This document shows positions 59,729-64,000 of a stretch of DNA of 64,000 bases, piece after piece. The notes under the pieces were generated by a model. That model saw only the letters and a program-made list of their open reading frames with translations, made no database searches and had not been told where the DNA came from. Source of the DNA: Fimicolochytrium jonesii. Taxonomy: Eukaryota. Every line of letters begins with the position of its first letter. Position 1 is the first letter of the stretch. The stretch is taken from positions 1 through 64,000 of the forward strand of contig NW_026515692.1 of NCBI RefSeq assembly GCF_025526975.1, given 5' to 3'. A program made the translations under genes and the position numbers.

Positions 59729-61550
59729 TGTTGGAGGTATCATCCTCCCGAGTCCTTAGTTAGGGTTCCTGTAGCTAGGTTCCCCTTGTGACTCACCTCC
59801 CGCTTACGCCACGCTTACGCGTACGGGACTTCACTCTTTTCTTCCCCTACGGACCTCGCGTCCTCTTTCCACAAGAGACTTGAATACATACTTCTCAGGA
59901 CTACATCTCACCATACATAGAGTTCGCTCAGTCATCTGCTTCCTCTGCCGACTACTGCTAAGTGGTTATGAGCCCTGGCTCCGCCCGCAACTAGCGGGTG
60001 GGTCAGGATAAAGAACTCTTGGTCTCCCGGCGCCGACTCCCAACTTCGATTCAACAAACTCAGAAAGCACGCTCTGCTGCATTAGCAGCCGGCAAGCCCT
60101 CTGCCCCTAATACGCGCTTGCCTGGACCCGCTGACGCCGACAAAATGCCTGGTGGATATGTGGAAGGGGAGAAGGGGAAGGAGAGGTTTTCTGCAACTTT
60201 GGCAGAGTTGAGAGACGCAACCACGCCGTATGTGGATGCGCCTGAATTGCGCGGAGCCGTGGAAACCGAAATCAACCCATTCCTGACGGCCCCAATTATG
60301 GATCCCAATCAGGAAGGGTATATTCCTATCAAGCAGGAAGAAGGCTTCTTCGCTGAGAGGACGGCTGGACTAGTTACCTCTCTCTTGAATCAGGAACGAG
60401 CGCCACAACAAGGCGGACCTACCGTCCCCTCAGTGAACCCGCTCACCCAATCGCCAGTATTCAGCACTTGTTCTGATTTGGCTAGCCCTACACCGGCACC
60501 TCAACCCGGCACTCAAGGCCCTCCTTTCGCTGATCACCGAAGTGAACCTCTGAGGCCACCCCATGTGCCTTCTCAGTGCGCTACGGCTTACTCCATCCCA
60601 TACGCTTATCAAGCCCCGGGACGACAGCCACCTCATGCGCCTTCTCAGCGCGCAACGGCCTACACCGCTCCATACGCTTATCAAGCCCCGGAACGGCAGC
60701 CAGTTACCCCAGTAACAGTTACCTTGGTAACATCCCCAATGAACAATAAGAAGGAGGCCCCCGCTGCCCCTTCCATGGCGCACGCCATGCACGTTCAAAT
60801 CCCAGCCACACACGACGACTGCCTCTTCACGGCGAATTCGGGCTGTATGGATTCTAGTACCCTTACTTCGCAGAAAAAGGACACCGTACTAGATCCATCT
60901 CTTCAAGACCACCACCGCCTTATTGGACTTGCGGGGATTCTCATCCACCCTACGTCCAGTGGCAACGCGCCCGCTCCCCGCGGGGTGTTTTTCAGGTCCC
61001 GGTCTTACCAAACCTCTTATATCAGCTGCAAAATGCACTGATAAAGAGACTCAAAGGCGTTACCCCCATCGACGGATTAACCCGATTTGGACAACAAAAC
61101 GCTACCCCGGCTTCCACACCATACGCCATTTCAGCGCGTACCCAACCCGCCTCTGCAGTTTCCCCATTTGAACACTCTTCTCCACCCGGAAGCAGTGGGG
61201 GCCGTCACGTGGGCATCTCGGCGCTGCAACATTTCAACTGCCGTCGGCTTCATTTTGTCGTCGTCAGGTCTCAGCTCCGTACCCAAGCCGCCCGGGAAGA
61301 TGTACTTCACATCATGCGCTGCATTCAACGAACCCGCACCGTCGCGCTTACCTATACGTCCAGTAATCAAGGTCTTCGCATCCATACCGGCGTATAATAC
61401 ACATCCCGCAACCGCCCACTTCTCGCGCACGATCACCTTCTACTCATTGTTCAGATTTATCTTTCACTTAGATAGACTCGTGAGTTTGAGTGGGGGTGTT
61501 GGAGGTATCATCCTCCCGAGTCCTTAGTTAGGGTTCCCGTAGCTAGTTTC
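59729..61550 (+). mobile_element. Internally deleted (non-autonomous) Ty1/copia element, about 1.8 kb
   Basis: 5' LTR 59729-59963, PBS GGTTATGAGCCCTG at 59964, gag-like ORF, RT scraps at 61040-61400 homologous to 62870-63180, PPT GAGTGGGGG, 3' LTR 61497-61550 cut by an opposite-strand LTR. Confidence 0.85.
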
Positions 61551-63746
61551 ACTTAGCAGTAGTCGGCAGAGGAAGCAGATGACTGAGCGAACTCTATGTT
61601 GTGTGAGATGTAGTACTGTATTGTATAAGAAGTAATGCAGAGAAGTCTGAAGCAGAAAGAGGACGCGAGGTCCGGAAGGGAAGAAAAGAGTGAAGTCCCG
61701 TACGCGGAAGCGTGGCGTAAGCGGGAGGGGAGTCACGTGAGGAAATAAACTACGGGAACCCTAACCGGGGACAAGCGACTCTTCGATGTCGAAAGCCCGA
61801 GTGAGGGAAGCTCTTCGATTGGCGACGGAGGTGGCAACGTTGAGGTACCGGAAGGATAACCATGAGAACCTCGCCAAGCACCTGGCGTTTACGAAGGCGA
61901 AACTGGATCGATCGAAGCGAAAGAAGGGGTTGTTCAAGGCATTGATGGAGGAGGCGGACTACCTGGGATGTAAGGCAGTCTTGGAGTCGCGATATAAAGG
62001 AAAAGGCGGCATAACGAAGGAGAAAATGAAAGAGGCAAAGCGCCGCAGTGATGCGGCCTAGAGACGGGAGCGAGACAAGATGATGAAGCGACTCCAGTAC
62101 TTGCGAAAGCACATGGATGATTCCTCTTCGAGTGATGATGGAGACGGTGACGGAAACGGCGGGGGAGGTGGTCCAGGGGGTTCGCCTGGTGGAGGCGGAG
62201 CCGGAGCCAGTGGAGCCACCGGTGCCGGGGCAGCGGCGGCTATCATGGTGGCAGGGTAAGGTGCTGAAGTCGTATATAGTGCCCAGAAGCTGCCCCAGTA
62301 TGTGTGTTCTGTATGTCTCATTCGGACGTAGTCGTCGCCGGCTGTCTATTGCTAGCGACATGACCTTCTTGAATTGCTTGAATAAATTTCGTATGTGTCT
62401 CGGGAGGAAAGGGCTTTGTGAAGTAATTAGCCAGTTGTTCCTGCGTTGCGCTGTCGAGGAGTACGACGTCTTTCTTTGCCACGCCGTCGTGTAGCTTGTG
62501 GTAGCGTACGTAGATGTGTTTGGAGCTTTGACTAATAGCCGTGGAGTTGGCAATCTTGCGGGCGCTTTGATTGTCAATGTGGATTGGCGTGGGGTCCTTG
62601 ATGTTGCCGTATTCGTCGCCGAAGACCTTCGCGATGATCGAGCAGAGCCAGTAGACCTCGTTGTAACCAAGGGCTGCGGCGATATACTCAGCTTCCGTGG
62701 AGCTGAGAGCTACACACTTCTGTTTGGTGCTTTCCCAGTAGATAAGCTGGCCTTTGAAGAAGCTGGCGATGCCCGCGGTAGATTTGCGGTTGTTGACATC
62801 GTCTGCGTAGGATGCGTCTGTATAGACGCTAAGTCCAGCCTGATCTGAATGACCGGACTTGTAGGTAAGCTCGAAGGTGCAGGTACCTTTCAGGTAGCGC
62901 ATGATGCGAAGTACATCATTCCAGTCGGCTTGGGTAGAAGCTGAGACTTGACGTGCGACGAAGCCTACGGCAGTTGAAATATCCCAGCGCCAGGTAATGG
63001 ATGCCCACGTGAGGGCCCCAACTGCTTCCTGGTAGAGAAGCTTGTTAGGAAAAGGGGGGCTTGCGGAGGTGGTCGGGTACGCGCAGAGACGGCGCACGGC
63101 GTAGAGACCGGGGTAGCTTTTTGTTGTCCAAATCGTTCGAGTAAACCGTCGATAGAGGTAACATTGCTGATTTTGAGTTGGTTCCCGGACGGCGAGAGCT
63201 GGTAATTGAAGACCAGACCCAGGCAGTTTTTGATGGGACCGAGATCCGTACAGTTGAAATGAGAACATAGTTCACCTTTCACTTGCTTGACGTGTAAGGG
63301 AAAGCAGCAGGCGATGAAATTGTCCACATAGATAAGGAGCATCCGGAGGGCGACCAGAGTGCGCATCGTTGTCGCGCAGCGATAGAAGACGCAAGGGCAG
63401 TTCTTTAGCGCAGTAAAGCCGAGAGAACTGAGGGTTTTGCAAAGGGTACGGTACCAGAGAAGCGGAGATTGCGTCAGACCATATAGAGCCTTGCGTAAGA
63501 GGTATACCCAGTCTGCACGCAGCTTGTGCAGATCTTCGTAGCCTTGAAATTGTTCAACATAGACGGGTCCATCGATATCGCTGCGTAAGAACGCGTTGGG
63601 GACGTTGAGTGGATGGATTTCCATACCGAGAGAGACAGCAATGGAGAGGAAAAGGCGAAGAACTGACATGGGTAGGGTTGGAGCGTAGGTGTCGTTATAA
63701 TCAATACCCTTGGATTGACAAAAACCTTGAACTACACTGCGGCCCT
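61551..63746 (-). mobile_element. Ty1/copia element 3' part (RT, RNase H, 3' region, LTR 61772-61551), degenerate
   Basis: LRKALYGLTQSPLLWY, LLIYVDN, YTDASYA, QKCVALSSTEAEYIA, IDNQSA, SKHIYVRYH, ANYFTKP. LTR lacks its first ~22 nt. Confidence 0.9.
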
Positions 63747-64000
63747 TGTCGGGGATATCTCATCTTCACTTGTATTTCATATTATATCTCTTTACTTTTA
63801 CTTGATCTGAGACCCGGGCTGGCCACCCAAGCTCGTAAGACGCAAACGGCCCATAAGACGGTGAGACCAGCAGCCCCTCCAGCTGCACCTCCGCCAGGAC
63901 CCTCACGACCGACTACGCGCTCTACGCGCGCTTCGTCCGCAGCGTCCGCAAGCGGCTCTTCGATATCGAAAGCCCGAGTTAGAGAAGCTCTTCGATTGGC
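63747..64000 (+). mobile_element. Nested repeat: TGTCGGGG-family LTR start fused to a second copy of the 61773 region
   Basis: 63747-63833 matches 46963-47050; 63950-64000 matches 61773-61823. Confidence 0.7.

Overview
Eukaryotic, intron-rich genomic DNA from a fungus, most likely a zoosporic/chytrid-type lineage (inference from short GT-AG introns, fungal-type genes, WRAP73 and a fragment resembling a multi-domain adenylate kinase). About 1-37.1 kb is mostly ordinary host genes: DPM1-like GT2, HAPSTR1-like, UPF0658-like membrane protein, cytochrome b5/acyl-CoA dehydrogenase, CHY zinc finger, DUF3712 protein, G-alpha, rhodanese, WRAP73, RBG1, RanBPM-like and MRPL22. Mixed in are accessory pieces: a repeat-containing ORF next to a Ulp1 protease relic, an unusual A-T-ankyrin NRPS-like gene, a Tse2-type ADP-ribosyltransferase and a Tc1/mariner-type MITE. 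About 37.4-64 kb is a rearranged, transposon-rich zone. It holds a compact intronless three-gene cassette (coiled-coil ORF, R-S-E class ADP-ribosyltransferase, stand-alone SWIB ORF) that looks like an endogenised large-DNA-virus fragment, nested Ty3/gypsy chromoviruses, Ty1/copia elements with half-tRNA priming and non-CA LTR ends, captured host-gene fragments, a C2H2 zinc-finger pseudogene and interstitial TTAGGG tracts. No rRNA, tRNA or CRISPR array was recognised. All family assignments come from motifs recognised by eye; no database searches were run.
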